From: a virus
Lineage: Duplodnaviria; Caudoviricetes
Direction: 5' to 3' (one strand)
DNA: 25,341 bases
IMG/VR virus record: IMGVR_UViG_3300048835_000020
Coordinates: 1-25,341 of that record
The position numbers were made by a program, and so were the translations under genes. Position 1 is the first letter of the stretch. Each line of letters starts with the position of its first letter. The notes under the pieces are model-generated. The model saw nothing but the letters and a program-made list of their open reading frames with translations, made no database searches and was not told the origin of the DNA. This document shows positions 23,262 through 25,341 of the stretch, in pieces.

Positions 23262-24916
23262 AGCAGAATCACCCCGGCAACTGACTGCGATTCGGGATTG
23301 AGCGCCATCAGGGACGTGGCATTGAACAGCGCCATGAGCGGATCAATCTTCGCGTACCCGGCCGCCTGCTTGGTGATGGCAATGGCGTTGCCCTTTGGCT
23401 CTACCTTCGCGTTTCCGACTGACCACGCCATCATTTTTGAGCCTCCATGAATGAATCCGCCTTCGGCGAGCCTGCGTTCAGCGGTCTTGATCGCGCCGAC
23501 CATCTTCCAGCCCTGCGGAATGCCAATGATCTTGTCCTTGGGGATGCCGGCGGCCTCTAGTGCGTCGAGGATGCCGCCGATTGCGTAGGGGTCGACGCCG
23601 ATCTTGTCGAGCAGGCCGGCGTCTTCAATGCGCCGGCAAATATCGACCACGCCCACGATGTCGTCACCCATGGCGCGCACGATTGTCAAATCGCCGTCCT
23701 TCTCGAAGTCGACAAATCGCGCAGCCTCGGATTTCCTGCGTTCCATGACCGAGGGGTGCGCCCAGGCGTGGCCCCAATGCAGCCATTCGCCGGTTGCGGC
23801 GTCGCGCCCCAGCACGGCCAGGCCAAGCAGGTCATCCAGCCCGCCGCCATCAATCCCGATGTCGATAACGTCGCAGCGGGCGAGGATGGCGTCCAGGGTG
23901 ATGTCGGGCCGCGCCTGACTTTCCCAGAATTCCGCGCCCGCCCACCTGTCCGATTTGAGAGCAAGACCAATCTCAATGTTGAGGTGCTTGGACAGATAGC
24001 CGATCAGGCTTTCCTGTCCGGTTTCCTCGGCCTTGGCGAGTTCGCGCACCAGGAATTCTTCGGATACCGAGGCGCCCAAATTCGGATTGGTGATGTAGAA
24101 GTTCTCCGGCCGCTTGTGTTCACCGGCCTTCACCATCGCATCAGGAAATTCGTACAGTACCGGCAGGAATTGCCGATCCTTGACCAGCCCGTCCCGCACC
24201 TTGCGGGCGTACAGGAGCTTGTCCCGGAAGACGCCAGCGGGCGCGTCGTCCGATTGGGTGCTCAGGTATATGACAAAGCCCTCGGGCCTGCTGGCAAGCC
24301 CGCCACAGGCTTCCCGCAGCATGTTTTCGGCATTCGGCCGCTTGCCGAAGAGCCAGAGTTCGTCAATCAGGATGCCGGTAGCCTTCTTGCCGCCGACCGT
24401 CTCGCTGTCAGCCGCCACCACCTTGAGCGTGGAATTGGTCTCACGGTGCGTAATGGTGCGAATGTGATCCTGCACCATGAACAAGGCGGACAGTTCTTCG
24501 TCCGCCCGCACCATGTCACGAGCCGGGTAGAAGGAGTTGTTGGCAATCTCTACCGTGGGCGCGAGAATCAGGTATTCGGCCGATTGCCGCCAGTTCCGAA
24601 TCAGCGCCGTCAACATGATGGCAGCGGCGGTCGTGCTCTTGCTATTCTTCTTGCTGATGAGCAAGAAAAATTCCGTAATCAGCCGCTTCCCGATCTCAGG
24701 GTTAAGCGACCCGAATACATGCGATACGAAATCCGTGATCCATTCCCGGCTGGCGTCCGCCATTGCCGGAGAACCTGGAGCATCGACTATCCGCAGTTCC
24801 CGGAACACGCGCATGGCGTCTTCCGCCTCAACCGGAAACAGCGGCGAAAACGGTATCAGCGACTCGCGCCGCCGTACCCTGCCCTCCCAATCAGGACAGG
24901 AAGTATCCCAATCCAT
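23258..24916 (-). CDS. terL: Terminase large subunit
   Basis: Walker A-like LLISKKNSKST, Walker B LIDELW, STQ coupling motif, and nuclease GIDGGGLDDL and KIDP motifs. Confidence 0.95.
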   Translation of the reverse strand: MDWDTSCPDWEGRVRRRESLIPFSPLFPVEAEDAMRVFRELRIVDAPGSPAMADASREWITDFVSHVFGSLNPEIGKRLITEFFLLISKKNSKSTTAAAIMLTALIRNWRQSAEYLILAPTVEIANNSFYPARDMVRADEELSALFMVQDHIRTITHRETNSTLKVVAADSETVGGKKATGILIDELWLFGKRPNAENMLREACGGLASRPEGFVIYLSTQSDDAPAGVFRDKLLYARKVRDGLVKDRQFLPVLYEFPDAMVKAGEHKRPENFYITNPNLGASVSEEFLVRELAKAEETGQESLIGYLSKHLNIEIGLALKSDRWAGAEFWESQARPDITLDAILARCDVIDIGIDGGGLDDLLGLAVLGRDAATGEWLHWGHAWAHPSVMERRKSEAARFVDFEKDGDLTIVRAMGDDIVGVVDICRRIEDAGLLDKIGVDPYAIGGILDALEAAGIPKDKIIGIPQGWKMVGAIKTAERRLAEGGFIHGGSKMMAWSVGNAKVEPKGNAIAITKQAAGYAKIDPLMALFNATSLMALNPESQSVAGVILL

Positions 24917-24920
24917 ACGG

Positions 24921-25247
24921 CTACTTGTTGTTTACAACCAGCTTCGGTGCCGCAGCAGGAGAAAACTTGCCCTTCGCTACCTTCCCGGCAGCGGCTTGCC
25001 GGGCTTCCTTCTTGCCGCTCTCGCCAATACGCGGGTGGATGTAGGGCATCAGCGCCTTGGCAGCATCCAGCCGCGCCTTGCCATCCATCGAAGTGTCGTT
25101 CATGACCGAGAACAGGAAGGCTTTAGGATCTTCATGCGCGCCAATCACCGTCATCTCGATGGGCGGATTCGGCTTTCGCCCCGCACCAGGACGAGCGCCG
25201 CCAGTATTCGGACGCTTTCCGCCACTTCTACCCTTAACTCCGGCCAT
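24921..25247 (-). CDS. terS: Terminase small subunit
   Basis: GRSGG.RP..GGARPGAGRKP N-terminus, AAKALMPYIH motif, AGGAG RBS, upstream of terL. Confidence 0.85.
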   Translation of the reverse strand: MAGVKGRSGGKRPNTGGARPGAGRKPNPPIEMTVIGAHEDPKAFLFSVMNDTSMDGKARLDAAKALMPYIHPRIGESGKKEARQAAAGKVAKGKFSPAAAPKLVVNNK

Positions 25248-25284
25248 TTGATGATTCTCCTAGTGCAACGTGATTGATTTAATA

Positions 25285-25341
25285 GGGGAATTTTTTCCGC
25301 GCATGGGATACCGCGCGGTTACCGGATTGAAAAGCTCCAGA
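25285..25341. other. Candidate cos (packaging) region
   Basis: Non-coding sequence upstream of terS, with palindrome ACCGCGCGGT (25310-25319) and an A6/T6 tract. The position matches cos sites of HK97-like phages. Confidence 0.4.

Noticed and set aside
24640-24665. Walker A variant KKNSKST as a sign of inactive terminase
   Set aside because: The lysine-S/T core, Walker B and nuclease acidic residues are intact and the ORF is full length, so it is likely a subfamily variant.

Overview
The window is about 25 kb of a high-GC temperate HK97-like siphophage or prophage, with a Proteobacterial (probably Betaproteobacterial) gene set. From right to left, the minus strand carries the late operon: putative cos region, terS, terL, a portal with a long C-terminal extension, an unusual six-gene insert, ClpP-type protease, major capsid, connectors, tail tube, G/GT chaperones with a -1 frameshift, tape measure, tail tip/fibre genes, holin, transglycosylase endolysin and nested Rz/Rz1. 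The plus strand at the left end carries the end of an early/accessory operon, an excisionase, and an integrase that breaks off after about 83 codons into the antisense of Rz. The most striking feature is at 25-1580. Three canonical integron attC-like sites and a terminal attI-like site on the minus strand delimit three gene cassettes, one encoding a cytosine methyltransferase. Their ORFs all run antisense to the attC array, and no IntI is present in the window. All calls come from motif reading and synteny; no database searches were run.
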